A DNA stretch of 63,788 bases from an uncultured Chthoniobacterales bacterium (GTDB lineage: Bacteria > Verrucomicrobiota > Verrucomicrobiia > Chthoniobacterales > JAATET01): positions 44,970-108,757 of the forward strand of contig CAXTSM010000008.1 of assembly GCA_964247025.1 (NCBI GenBank), read 5' to 3'. The position numbers and the translations under genes were made by a program. Below the pieces are notes generated by a model that saw only the letters and a list, made by a program, of their open reading frames with translations, searched no databases and was not told the DNA's origin. This document shows, piece by piece, positions 1-9,912 of this stretch. The number at the start of each line of letters is the position of its first letter. The stretch's first letter is position 1.

Positions 1-2
1 CG

Positions 3-170
3 CCTGGCGTGGAAATCTTCGAGCAGCCCGAGACCCGGGCGTTGCGCGAGGCGACCGCGCGGTTTCCGGCCGACTTCGCGACCCTGGCCGCCCGCGAACT
101 TCGCGCGAAGGAAGCCCGCGCCCGTTCGCCGCTTCTTCACCGCCTTTTTTCCCGGAAAGCCCTCCGATGA
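3..170 (+). CDS. 3' end of an upstream gene (partial), probably part of the glycosyltransferase operon
   Basis: Open frame PGVEIFEQPETRALRE...RKALR* whose TGA overlaps the next ATG (ATGA at 167-170). Confidence 0.55.
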   Translation, partial: PGVEIFEQPETRALREATARFPADFATLAARELRAKEARARSPLLHRLFSRKALR

Positions 171-1309
171 AATTCAAGAAAACAAAAATCGACTGGAACC
201 GTTTCCGGGTGGCCGGAGGCAACTTTCTGCGCAGTCTCAAGGACGACCTGGCGAACGATTTCGTTCGCGCCTTCGTTTCCGCGTCCGCCTCGCCGCGCGC
301 CGGAACGGGCCCGGCGACCGCGCCATCCTCGGCGCGGCCGGTCATCTTTGCGTCCTACGCGACCGACGATGCCCTCAAGGGCAGCCACCTTTATTGCGGC
401 GGCGAGAAACTCTTGAACAACCTCGTCCTCCTGCTTCGGCGGCGGGGCTACGAGGCTTACATGGTGAGCCTCGACGGCCGGCACGCCGGCTGGCTGGCCG
501 AGCACGCCCCCTTCCTTTCGCTCGCGGAATTCGCCGCGAAAAAAGCCGCCGCCGCCGAGGTGCGGTGCGTCACCTCGTGGCTGGAGGCGAAGCCGTTCCT
601 CGACCAATGTCCGCGATTCTATTTCTGGGATCAGGAACTCTCCGCGTCCTCGCGCAGCCATTTCTCCGCGCTCGCGCGCTACGTGCGGGCCGGGCGCATC
701 CTCAAGGTGGCGGGAGTGAACCGCGCGGTGCAAGCCTGGCACCGGACGATCTTCGAAACGCCCGCGCTCGTGCTGCGGCAGCTCATCGACGAGGCTCACT
801 GGAAGCCCGATGCCGCCCGGCGGATGCCGCGACGCGTCGGCTATTTCGACGAGGGCGAGCACGGCGCGGATTTCGTGCGGCGCATTCGCGAGATGACCAC
901 CGCGGCCGGCCTCGGGCTGGAGTTCGTGCAGCTCGCGGGCGGCGAGGCGGAGATCATCGACCAGATGCAGCGGTGCGGGACGTTCCTCGCGCTCAACGTC
1001 GGGAAAAGCCCGCTTTGGGGCGAAGGCGGGCCCATGTCCCCGCAGGAGGCGATGGCCTGCGGCACCGTGCCCGTCTGCTTCGATATCAACGGCCCGTGGG
1101 AGCTGATCCTGCCGCGTTACAACGGCGCGATCGCCGCTGAGCTCGACCCCGGGGCGATGGCGCGGGAACTCGCGTGGATCTACGCCGAGACGGGCCGATG
1201 GGAGGAAATGAGCCGACGCTCGCTGGAGATGAGCACCGCCGGGCACAGCATGGAAGCGCGCTGGCCCGCCGTCGCGCGATTTCTCGACCTGCCCGGGGAG
1301 GCGGCGTGA
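167..1309 (+). CDS. Glycosyltransferase, GT-B/GT4-like
   Basis: GGEK near the N-terminus; EGGPMSPQEAMACGTVPV matches the GT4 E-x7-E motif. Confidence 0.8.
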   Translation: MKFKKTKIDWNRFRVAGGNFLRSLKDDLANDFVRAFVSASASPRAGTGPATAPSSARPVIFASYATDDALKGSHLYCGGEKLLNNLVLLLRRRGYEAYMVSLDGRHAGWLAEHAPFLSLAEFAAKKAAAAEVRCVTSWLEAKPFLDQCPRFYFWDQELSASSRSHFSALARYVRAGRILKVAGVNRAVQAWHRTIFETPALVLRQLIDEAHWKPDAARRMPRRVGYFDEGEHGADFVRRIREMTTAAGLGLEFVQLAGGEAEIIDQMQRCGTFLALNVGKSPLWGEGGPMSPQEAMACGTVPVCFDINGPWELILPRYNGAIAAELDPGAMARELAWIYAETGRWEEMSRRSLEMSTAGHSMEARWPAVARFLDLPGEAA

Positions 1310-2505
1310 CGACCGACCGCCTGCCGCCCGCGCGCCTGTTCCTCGCGGACCACCTGCTTCGCGACGCGGCCGGGCATCACCTCGGCTACAACCTCGCGCT
1401 GGCCGACGCCGCGCGGCGGGCCGGCGTGGCGCCGCGCCTGGTGACGCACCGCGGGTTCGACCCCGCCCTGGCGGGGAGCACCCGCGTCGAACGCCGCTTC
1501 CGCACCGACTGGCGGGCGAACCCGCCGGAGTGGATCGCGCGCCGGCATCGCCTGCTTTCGGGGCTCGAATGGTGGTGCGACCGGCGTTTCGGCGCCGACC
1601 TGCGGGCGTTTCCGACGGCGGAAAAAACCGACGCCATTTTCGCGCAGATGCTGGCGCCGCGGCACTTCCAACGGTGGCTGCGGTGGATGAGGGCGCAGCC
1701 GTTCCCGCCGGTCCTGTTCCTGCACCTGGGCTATCGCCCGGGCCGCTTCGAGACGTCGGCGATCGCGCGGGCGCGGCGCGAGTTGCCTCCGGAACTTCGG
1801 CGGCGGGTGGTGTTCGTGACCGACAGCGAAAAACTGGTCGAGCCCTTCGCGCGCATTCTCGGCGGGCCGGTTCATTGCCTGCCCCACATCGTTTCGTATG
1901 ACCTCCCGCCGGCCACCCCGAAATCCGCCGCCGGACCCTGCGTCGTTTTCGTGCCCGGAAACGCCCGCCGCGAAAAAGGCTTCGTCGAGGTCTGCCGGGC
2001 CATCGACCTCGTTCGGGAAACGACGACCGAACGCGATCTTCATTTCGTGGTGCAATGCCATGATCCCGATCCGGTTTGCGCCCGCGTCCTGCGGGATCGC
2101 GCCGCCGGCGCCGGCCTGGAATGGATCCACCGGCCGCTCGGCGACGCCGAATACACCGGGCGGCTCGGCCGGGCGGACGTCGTCCTGCTGCCCTATCATC
2201 TCGACCTCTACGAGCTCCGCACGAGCGGAATCTTCTGCGAGGCGCGCGTGGCGGGAAAGCCGGTGGTCGCCTCGCGCCGCAGCTGGGCCGGCGACCGGAT
2301 CGCTCGCGAGGGAGGCGGCTGGCTGGTCGAGGAAAAAGACGCCTCCGCCCTCGCCGACACGTTGCGCGCGGTGCCGGCCGGCCTCCCCGCGAAGGAATCC
2401 GAGGCGCGCGCGCTCGCTCCCGGCGCCCGGGCCGAGTTCCATCGGGACGCCTTCCTCCGCGGGTTGCTGGACCTCTTCGATCGTGCTTCCCATGTCGCTG
2501 CCTAA
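1306..2505 (+). CDS. Glycosyltransferase, GT4-like
   Basis: GHH, GNARREKGF, ADVVLLPY...SGIFCEA..AGKPVV; GTG start overlapping the previous stop. Confidence 0.8.
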   Translation: MTTDRLPPARLFLADHLLRDAAGHHLGYNLALADAARRAGVAPRLVTHRGFDPALAGSTRVERRFRTDWRANPPEWIARRHRLLSGLEWWCDRRFGADLRAFPTAEKTDAIFAQMLAPRHFQRWLRWMRAQPFPPVLFLHLGYRPGRFETSAIARARRELPPELRRRVVFVTDSEKLVEPFARILGGPVHCLPHIVSYDLPPATPKSAAGPCVVFVPGNARREKGFVEVCRAIDLVRETTTERDLHFVVQCHDPDPVCARVLRDRAAGAGLEWIHRPLGDAEYTGRLGRADVVLLPYHLDLYELRTSGIFCEARVAGKPVVASRRSWAGDRIAREGGGWLVEEKDASALADTLRAVPAGLPAKESEARALAPGARAEFHRDAFLRGLLDLFDRASHVAA

Positions 2506-3496
2506 CCGGATTTCCACGCGGGTCCGCCGCGCGACCGCGCGAGGGAAGGCGGCCTTCGAGTTGAAGCGGATCGGCGGCCCCGATCACGACGTCGCGGGCC
2601 CGGTCGCCTTCGGCGTGATGCGAAACGAGATGCTGCGCCTGCCGCGGTTCCTCGACTATTACCGCCAACTCGGCGTCGCCCGCTTCGTCATCGTGGAGAA
2701 CAATTCCACCGACGCCACGCGGGAATTCCTCGCCGCGCAGAGCGACGTCTGCCTCTACGCGACCTCGCGCCATTTCACCGGCAAGGTCTCGTGGCTCGAT
2801 CACCTCCTGCGAAAGCACGGCGCCGGGCGGTGGTGCCTCGTGGTGGACGCCGACGAGCTGATCCTCTACCCGGCCTCGCACCGCGTGAGCCTGCCCGATT
2901 TGTGCCGCTACCTCGAGCGGACCGGCGCGAACGCCTTGCATGCCATCCTCCTGGACCTCTATCCGCCCGGCCCGCTCTCGGCCGTCGGCTACGTTGCGGG
3001 TTCGGACTACCTGACGCATCCGTGGTTTTTCGATCCGTTCGAAACTCTCGCCACGACGCCACGATATTTTTACCGGGGATCCGGGTTGGACCATCGATTC
3101 CACGGCGGCGTCCGCCGGCGATTGTTCGGGGTGTCACCCTGCTGTTCCAAATTTCCGCTCTTCCTCCTCGAGCGCGGGATGTATTTGACCGATGGCCAGC
3201 ACTACCTGGAGGGCGGCCGTTTTTCCGCGATGCGCGCGGTGCTCTTCCACTTCAAATATCTTCAGGACTTTGCCGCGCACGCCCGCGAGGAGGTCCGGCG
3301 CGCGCAGCATGTCGGCGCCGGCGCCGAATACCAGGCTTACGCCGAGACGGCCGACCGACGGAACGGCGAGCTCGAAATCTGGAACGAGGATTCCCTTCCG
3401 CTCCGGGACGACCGGCAACTCGAGCATCTCGGCTTCCTCGTCCGACCGCCATCCTACGACGAATTCATCGCGTCGATTCCGACCCGCGAGCCGTGA
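2492..3496 (+). CDS. Glycosyltransferase family 2-like protein
   Basis: MRNEMLRLPRFLDYYRQLGV..F.IVENNSTD, WCLVVDADE; start set at ATG 2492. Confidence 0.8.
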   Translation: MSLPNRISTRVRRATARGKAAFELKRIGGPDHDVAGPVAFGVMRNEMLRLPRFLDYYRQLGVARFVIVENNSTDATREFLAAQSDVCLYATSRHFTGKVSWLDHLLRKHGAGRWCLVVDADELILYPASHRVSLPDLCRYLERTGANALHAILLDLYPPGPLSAVGYVAGSDYLTHPWFFDPFETLATTPRYFYRGSGLDHRFHGGVRRRLFGVSPCCSKFPLFLLERGMYLTDGQHYLEGGRFSAMRAVLFHFKYLQDFAAHAREEVRRAQHVGAGAEYQAYAETADRRNGELEIWNEDSLPLRDDRQLEHLGFLVRPPSYDEFIASIPTREP

Positions 3497-4443
3497 AGAT
3501 CAGCGTCGTCATTCCGGCCTACAACTCCGCGGCCACCCTCGCGGCCGCCGTGCGAAGCGCGCGTCGGCAGACGCTGCCCGCGGAAGAAATCCTCGTCGTG
3601 GACGATGGCAGCACCGACGACACGCCGGCCATCTGCGCGGGCCTCGGGCCGGACGTGCGATTTGTCCGCCGCGAAAATGGCGGCCTCGCCGCCGCGCGGA
3701 ACACGGGTGCCGCGCACACGACCGGCGAGTGGCTGCTGTTTCTCGACTCCGACGACACCCTTTATCCCCACGCGCTCGAGATCCTCGCCGAGGCCGCGGG
3801 ACGCATCCCGAAGGCTCGCGTGGTTTACGGGTTCGTGCTCCAGCGCCGCGGGCCGGGCGAGGACACGCGCCTGCACAGCCTGCCGGGCGCCGCGGGCGAA
3901 CCGCCCCGGCCGGCGAAGGCCATGTTTTGGTGGACGGCGATTTCCACCGCCGGTTGCGCGCTCGTCCACCGCTCGCTGCACGATGCGGTGGGGGGCTTCG
4001 ACGAAAACTTTCGACAGGTCGAGGACGCCGAATACTGGCTGCGGTGCGGCGTGACGGCCCCGTTCGCGCATTGCAACCAGATCGTCCTCGACAAGGGCTA
4101 CTCGCCCTCATCCCTCGGCGGCAACACCGCCCGCAGCATCTGGTACCGCCTGCAGCTCCAATTGAAATTCCTGCTCTGGTGCGACTTCCGCGGCATCGAT
4201 CCCGCCTTCCTCAAGCTGCGGCGCGGGCAGATCTTCGACCATGCCATCACCAGGGCCTACCGCGAACACACCTGGACCGCGCTCGCGCCGATCACCGACC
4301 TCGCGATCACCGAAAAAGTCTGGACCAAGCGCGTGGTTTTCGCCTCCCTGCACGGCTCGATGGTCGCTCCGGGGGCCGAAAAATATCCGGTCGTCTATCG
4401 GCGCTGGCTCGACGAAGCGCGGGGGATCTCACCGCCATGCTGA
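3493..4443 (+). CDS. Glycosyltransferase family 2
   Basis: KISVVIPAYN, VVDDGSTD, NGGLAAARN, FLDSDD, EDAEYW; GTG start overlaps previous stop. Confidence 0.88.
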   Translation: MKISVVIPAYNSAATLAAAVRSARRQTLPAEEILVVDDGSTDDTPAICAGLGPDVRFVRRENGGLAAARNTGAAHTTGEWLLFLDSDDTLYPHALEILAEAAGRIPKARVVYGFVLQRRGPGEDTRLHSLPGAAGEPPRPAKAMFWWTAISTAGCALVHRSLHDAVGGFDENFRQVEDAEYWLRCGVTAPFAHCNQIVLDKGYSPSSLGGNTARSIWYRLQLQLKFLLWCDFRGIDPAFLKLRRGQIFDHAITRAYREHTWTALAPITDLAITEKVWTKRVVFASLHGSMVAPGAEKYPVVYRRWLDEARGISPPC

Positions 4444-5333
4444 CCGCGCTGCGGGGCGCCGCGCGGCAGGCGCTTGCCGCCCTCGGCCGGCACGGCGCGA
4501 GTCCCCTCGTGTTCCGCCTGGCCCGCCGTCCGGCGGCGGCGGCCCCGCCCATCTCCGTGCACATGCTCGTCTCGTCGCGGACGTGGCACGCCGGCCTGCT
4601 CGCCATCATCAGCTTCGAGCATTTCACGGAACGGCGCTGGGAGTTTTTCATGCACGAGGACGGCTCCGTCGACCAAGCCTCCCGCCGGCAGATCGAACGC
4701 TGGCTTCCCGGCGTGCGATTCGTGCCGCGACCGGAAGCGGAGCAACGTTTGGCGAACGACCTCCGCGCCCATCCTCGATCGCTCGCCCACCGCGCGAAAT
4801 GGATTCTCCTGCTCAAGTTTTTCGACTCGATCGCGTTCGCGCCGCATCCTCGATTCATCGTGCTCGACTCGGACGTTATTTTTTTTCGCCGGCCGCCGGA
4901 GATCCTCGAGTGGGCCGACTCGGGCCGCGAGGAATGCTGGTTCAATCACGACACGAAGGAGGTCTATTGCGCCTCCCGGGACCGGATCGAGCCGGTGTTC
5001 GGCTTTCCGCTCTGGGACCGGGTGAACAGCGGCCTCTGCCTGCTCGCGGCGGAAACGTTTTCGCGGGACATGAGCGAGCGATTTCTCGCCGAGATGGAAG
5101 ACCGCGCGGACCGGCCGATCTTTTTCGAGCAGACGCTCTTCGCCTTCCACGCCTCCCGCCGGAACCGAGGCGGGTTGCTGCCGCGGAAATACGAGATCAG
5201 CTGGGGCTATCTGCGCGCCGCGGGCAGCGTGTGCCGGCATTACGTCGGAGCCTTCAAGAGCGACCTGCTCTACGTCGAAGGGGCCACGTCGCTGCTCTAC
5301 CTGCTCGTGCGCCGGAGGCTGCTCGGCCGATGA
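4437..5333 (+). CDS. GT-A fold nucleotide-sugar transferase (GT8-like)
   Basis: HEDGS, LLKFFD, VLDSDVIFF (DxD), VNSGL, FEQT. Confidence 0.65.
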   Translation: MLTALRGAARQALAALGRHGASPLVFRLARRPAAAAPPISVHMLVSSRTWHAGLLAIISFEHFTERRWEFFMHEDGSVDQASRRQIERWLPGVRFVPRPEAEQRLANDLRAHPRSLAHRAKWILLLKFFDSIAFAPHPRFIVLDSDVIFFRRPPEILEWADSGREECWFNHDTKEVYCASRDRIEPVFGFPLWDRVNSGLCLLAAETFSRDMSERFLAEMEDRADRPIFFEQTLFAFHASRRNRGGLLPRKYEISWGYLRAAGSVCRHYVGAFKSDLLYVEGATSLLYLLVRRRLLGR

Positions 5334-6136
5334 CGGCGAGCCATCGAGTGCTTGGGATCGTTCTCGTGCACAACGAGGATCGCTTCGTTCGCCGGGCCGT
5401 GTCGAACGCGATGGCGCTCTGCGACGAGATGCTGCTCGTCGATCATCGTTCCACCGATGGCACGCCGGCCATCTTACGGGAACTCGCCCACGCCCATCCG
5501 GCCGGAGTCTCCCTTCGATCGATCCGGCATCCGCGCGAGTCGCACGAGATGTTGAAGGCCTACGCCGGGACAAACACATGGGTCTTCGCCGTGGATGGCG
5601 ATGAAATCTACGACCCGGCCGGCCTCGCCCGTCTTCGTCCCCGGCTCGTCGGCGGGGAATTCGACGCGCATTGGATGGTGGTGGGGCACACGCTCCATTG
5701 CGATTTCGTCGACGAGCGCGCGGGGCGCGTCGCGGGGTTTCCCGCGCCGCCGAGCCGCAGCATCACGAAACTGTTCAACTTCGCGGCCATCGACTGCTGG
5801 GACGGCGACACGCCGGAGCGCCTGCACGGCGGGCAGCCCGTCTTTCGGCCCGGCCATCACGCCGGCGCCAAACACCAGCTCGGGGGTCTTTCTACCTGGG
5901 AGGACGCCGATTTCCGGTGCCTGCATCCGTGCTTCGTCGCGCGCAGTTCGCTCGACCGTCCCGGCCGGAGCGCGTCGCGTCTGAACATCATGGAGCTGCG
6001 CGGGGCGCGGAACCTGGCGCGGCGGATCGCCCGCCGGTTCACCGGCCGCGCGGCCGGCTCCGACTGGAAGCGCGAACACTACCGACGCGGCGAACGCCTC
6101 GAAGTGGACGCGCGGCCGTTTTTTCCCATCGACTGA
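5330..6136 (+). CDS. Glycosyltransferase family 2-like
   Basis: VHNEDRFV, VDHRSTDGT, WVFAVDGDE; ATGA overlap with previous gene. Confidence 0.78.
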   Translation: MTASHRVLGIVLVHNEDRFVRRAVSNAMALCDEMLLVDHRSTDGTPAILRELAHAHPAGVSLRSIRHPRESHEMLKAYAGTNTWVFAVDGDEIYDPAGLARLRPRLVGGEFDAHWMVVGHTLHCDFVDERAGRVAGFPAPPSRSITKLFNFAAIDCWDGDTPERLHGGQPVFRPGHHAGAKHQLGGLSTWEDADFRCLHPCFVARSSLDRPGRSASRLNIMELRGARNLARRIARRFTGRAAGSDWKREHYRRGERLEVDARPFFPID

Positions 6137-7140
6137 TGTTTTTTCCCCGCCCGAGACCGGTCGCCACGGTGGCCTTGAATCTGCGTCCGCGCCGCGGCTC
6201 CTGGGGCGGCGCGAACCAATGGACCTCGCAGCTCACGCGGTGGCTGCGCTTCAACGGCTGGCGCGTTCAGTTTCATTTGCACGGACGGCCCGACGCCGTG
6301 GTGCTCACGCACACGGGCCTCGTCACGGCGGACACCACCTTCGACGCGGACTCCGTCGAGCGGCTTCGGGAGCGCCACCCGGACATTCCCTGCCTGCATC
6401 GCATCAACGACAACGACCTCCGCAAGGGCACCTCGGAAATGGACGAACTGCTCGCGCGCTCGAACCGAGTGGCCGACCACACGGTTTTTGTCTCCCGGTG
6501 GCTGCGCGACCATCACGCCGCGCGGTGGTTCGACGTCGCGAAGGCGCACTCCGTCATCACCCCCGGGGCGGACCCCCGCTTTTTTCACCCGATCGACGCC
6601 CGCGTCCGCGGCGACACGGAGCCGCTGCGCCTGGTGACCCATCACTGGTCGCCCAACGTCAAAAAAGGCTTCGACGTCTACGCCGAGATCGACGCCCTGC
6701 TCGCCGCGCAAACCTCGCTCAACGGCGAGCTCTGGGTCATCGGACGCTGGCCGCGGGAGGTGAAATGGCGGGTCGCCCGCACCTTCGCCCCCGCCAGCGG
6801 GGCGGCCCTCGCCGCGCTGCTGCGGCGCTGCGACGGCTACGTCAGCGCGTCCCGCTTCGAGCCCGGGGCCATGCACGTCGCCGAGGGGCTTCAATGCGGG
6901 CTGCCGATTCTTTACCACCGCGACTCCGGCGGCACCGTGGAGCAGGGGAGGCGTTACGGGCTGGAGATCGGGGACGACCTTGCCGGGAGCTTCCAGGAAT
7001 TTGTCCGCCGCCTGCCCGAGTTCAGGCGCGCGTTGCTCTCGGACCCGCCTTCGGGCAGCCGGATGGCGGCGGAATACGGGCGTTGTTTGCAGGGGATGAT
7101 CGTCGATGTTCAAGGTTCACTACACGCCGGGCGACGGTAA
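6136..7140 (+). CDS. Glycosyltransferase, GT4-like
   Basis: WGGANQW, KKGFD, SRFEPGAMHVAEGLQCGLP. Confidence 0.8.
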   Translation: MFFPRPRPVATVALNLRPRRGSWGGANQWTSQLTRWLRFNGWRVQFHLHGRPDAVVLTHTGLVTADTTFDADSVERLRERHPDIPCLHRINDNDLRKGTSEMDELLARSNRVADHTVFVSRWLRDHHAARWFDVAKAHSVITPGADPRFFHPIDARVRGDTEPLRLVTHHWSPNVKKGFDVYAEIDALLAAQTSLNGELWVIGRWPREVKWRVARTFAPASGAALAALLRRCDGYVSASRFEPGAMHVAEGLQCGLPILYHRDSGGTVEQGRRYGLEIGDDLAGSFQEFVRRLPEFRRALLSDPPSGSRMAAEYGRCLQGMIVDVQGSLHAGRR

Positions 7141-8803
7141 AGGCTGGGCGCTCGACGAGGATCTGCGCCAGATCCGGAGGGCTCTCGACGGCGTCGCGAC
7201 GCCCGTGCACGCGGCGGAGGCGGAGATCGTGCACGCGCCGTTCTGGCAGAATCTCGCGATGGTCGATCCGGGGATTTTAGCCGGTTGTTTCGTGATCGCC
7301 CACGCCGACAATCCGCCCTTCTTCTACCTCAAGCAGCCGGGTTTTCTGGCCGGGCAGGCGCAGGTGGATCTCTGGGTCGCCCGATCCCGGGAGGCATTCG
7401 AGCAATTCCGCGCGCTGCGGCTGCCCGTCGCGCACATTCCTTACGCCATCGATCCCGATCTGTTTTTCCCCCTCCCCGACAAGGCCGCTTTGCGGCGGGA
7501 ATTCGGCCTGCCGGTGCACGCTTACATCATCGCGAATTTTCATCGCGACTCCGAGGGAAGCGATCTTGCCACGCCGAAGCTCCAGAAGGCGCCGGAACTG
7601 ATGATGGCGATCCTGCGCCGCCTGCGCCGCGAAGGGCTCGATTTCCACGTGCTGCTGGCGGGACCGCGCCGGCACTGGCTCCGCTCGGAACTCGCCCGCG
7701 AAAAAATTTCCCACACGTTCGTCGGCCGCACCGATGTGGTCGGCGATGATTTCGGCGTCAATATCCTCGCCCGTGACGAGCTCAACCGGCTTTACAACGC
7801 CGCCGATCTGCACCTCATTCCCTCGCGCTGGGAGGGGGGTCCGCAATCGGTCATGGAAGCCGCGGCGTGCCGCTGCAAGCTGCTCAGCGTGCCGCTCGGC
7901 GTCGCGCGCGACATCCTGGAGCCGGTGTCGCTTTTCCAGTCCGTGACGGAAGCAGCCGGGCGGCTCGCCGCGGATATCCGCACCGGCGTCCTGGATCTCA
8001 CGGTCGAGGAACAGCATCGGCGGTGGCAGGCCGCGCACACGACCGGAACGATGACGCGGGAGCTGCGCGCTCTTTACGGCACGCTGGCCGAGCGTCCGGA
8101 CTTCCGCGGGAAGCTTTCCTCCCCGCGGCACTCCGTCTGGGCCCGGCGGATGCGTCAGGTGCGCCATTCCGTCCGGCGGCGGCTGCGGCCCGCGGTATGG
8201 CCGGCGTCGGTGGGCTGGAATCATGCCCCGGGTCGAAATGCCGATCTCGACGAAGTCATGAGCGCGGTCCGGAGCCAGCTCGGCGAACTTGGTGTCGTCG
8301 TGCAGGCGGAAGCGGGGGCGGGCATCGAATGCGTCGGCTCGCCGATCCGTCCGCCCGCGGGAATCGCGTTGCAATGGATCGTTCCCGGTCTCCCGCCGGA
8401 ACAAATCCTGCCCGGAGCCGTCATCGCGGCGCCCTCCGTGCAGGACGTGATCAATCTGCGCGAGACCGGCCTCGTGAACCGGGCGGTGGTGCTTCCGGTT
8501 CCCCTCGCGGCGGACCCGGAGGCGCTCGAGCCGCTGGTCGTCACGGCGGACGATCGCACCGCCTCGCTGCGCGTGGGGCGGGCCATGGCCGCCGGGCGCC
8601 CGATCGTTCATCCCGCGAGCCTGGCCTATTTCGAGCAGGTTTTTCACGGGGGCTTGCGATACGCGCACGCCGGGGAACTCGACCGCGTGACGGCGGAAGC
8701 CCGGCGCGACGCGGCGGAATTCCGTGAACTCTCCCGCCCGGTCACCGCGCCCGCCGCCCGCCGCGCGCTGCATGATCTCTTGCGGACGCTTGCCGCCTCA
8801 TGA
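7106..8803 (+). CDS. Glycosyltransferase, GT4-like with degenerate C-terminal extension
   Basis: LYNAADLHLIPSRWEGGPQSVMEAAAC; second partial AMAAGRPIV motif. Confidence 0.8.
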   Translation: MFKVHYTPGDGKGWALDEDLRQIRRALDGVATPVHAAEAEIVHAPFWQNLAMVDPGILAGCFVIAHADNPPFFYLKQPGFLAGQAQVDLWVARSREAFEQFRALRLPVAHIPYAIDPDLFFPLPDKAALRREFGLPVHAYIIANFHRDSEGSDLATPKLQKAPELMMAILRRLRREGLDFHVLLAGPRRHWLRSELAREKISHTFVGRTDVVGDDFGVNILARDELNRLYNAADLHLIPSRWEGGPQSVMEAAACRCKLLSVPLGVARDILEPVSLFQSVTEAAGRLAADIRTGVLDLTVEEQHRRWQAAHTTGTMTRELRALYGTLAERPDFRGKLSSPRHSVWARRMRQVRHSVRRRLRPAVWPASVGWNHAPGRNADLDEVMSAVRSQLGELGVVVQAEAGAGIECVGSPIRPPAGIALQWIVPGLPPEQILPGAVIAAPSVQDVINLRETGLVNRAVVLPVPLAADPEALEPLVVTADDRTASLRVGRAMAAGRPIVHPASLAYFEQVFHGGLRYAHAGELDRVTAEARRDAAEFRELSRPVTAPAARRALHDLLRTLAAS

Positions 8804-9912
8804 ATTTTCCCTGGATCCCCTGGCAGGTGCGCGAACGGGTGCATGGCGCCCTCGCCTGGCCGGCCCGGCAGAGGCTTCGGCGCGGCCGTCGGGCGATCCG
8901 CCGGGCGTCGTCGGGCGCCGTTCGAATGGGGCTCGGCGGCGCGCTGAGCGACGGGCGTTCCGTCCACGGGGGGGCCGTGAAGTTGTTGCCGCTGCGCGCC
9001 GCGTTTGGCGACGACGACGCGGAGTTCAACGTGCTTTACGCCGTGAGCAGCAGTCCGCCGAGATTTTGCGACGACTTGTTTCGCGTCTGCCGCAAGGCGG
9101 GGATTCCCGTCGTCTGGAATCAAAACGGAGTCGGTTATCCCGCGTGGTCCGGCCGCGAAAGCGAGCGGCTCAACGCCCCGATGCGCCGCCGCCGCGAACA
9201 GGCGGCGTTCGTCGTGTACCAAAGCGATTTCTGCCGCCGGTCGGCGGAGCGCTTCCTCGGGCCGAGCCGCCCGGCGGCGTCCGTCCTTTACAATCCGGTC
9301 GATCTCCGGGTCTACGCGCCTGGTCCGGGCCGCGAGGAAAAAGGGCCGCCGCGCCTGCTGGCCGCCGGGACCCACGCGACGAGGGAACGCGTGATCGCGC
9401 CGCTGGAGGCGTTGGCGGCGCTGCGGCGCGACGGCCTCGAGGCGACGCTCACGATCGCCGGCCGTTTCGATTGGCCGGAAGGCGAAGCGGAAATCGGACG
9501 AGCCGTCGAGGCGGCGGGATTGATCGGCGTCGTTCGGCGGGTGGAGCGGTTTTCGCAGGCGGACGCGGCGGATCTTTATCGCGCCCACGACCTTCTCGTG
9601 CACCCCAAATACATGGATCCCTGTCCGACCGTCGTGGTGGAGGCGCTTGCCTGCGGATTGCCGGTGGTGGGCTCGCGTTCGGGCGGGCTGCCGGAAATGG
9701 TGCCCGAAGACGCGGGGATCCTGGTCGGCGCCGGCGACGATTGGGACCGCGCCCACCCGCCCAGCGGCGCGGAGATCGCCGGGGCCGTCGCCGCGTTGCT
9801 TCCGCGCCTCGGGCCCGCTTCCACGGCGGCGCGGAGCCACGCCGAAAGGCATTTCGACGTGGGCCGCTGGGTCGACGAGCACCGCATGATCTTCGAGCGC
9901 GTCCTTTCATGA
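8800..9912 (+). CDS. Glycosyltransferase family 4
   Basis: YNPVD, DPCPTVVVEALACGLPVVGSRSGGLPE. Confidence 0.85.
   Translation: MNFPWIPWQVRERVHGALAWPARQRLRRGRRAIRRASSGAVRMGLGGALSDGRSVHGGAVKLLPLRAAFGDDDAEFNVLYAVSSSPPRFCDDLFRVCRKAGIPVVWNQNGVGYPAWSGRESERLNAPMRRRREQAAFVVYQSDFCRRSAERFLGPSRPAASVLYNPVDLRVYAPGPGREEKGPPRLLAAGTHATRERVIAPLEALAALRRDGLEATLTIAGRFDWPEGEAEIGRAVEAAGLIGVVRRVERFSQADAADLYRAHDLLVHPKYMDPCPTVVVEALACGLPVVGSRSGGLPEMVPEDAGILVGAGDDWDRAHPPSGAEIAGAVAALLPRLGPASTAARSHAERHFDVGRWVDEHRMIFERVLS

Noticed and set aside
137-3103. 988-aa minus-strand ORF and the many other long Arg/Pro/Gly-rich ORFs in the high-GC flanks
   Set aside because: Shadow frames of motif-bearing genes in GC-rich DNA; no recognisable domains
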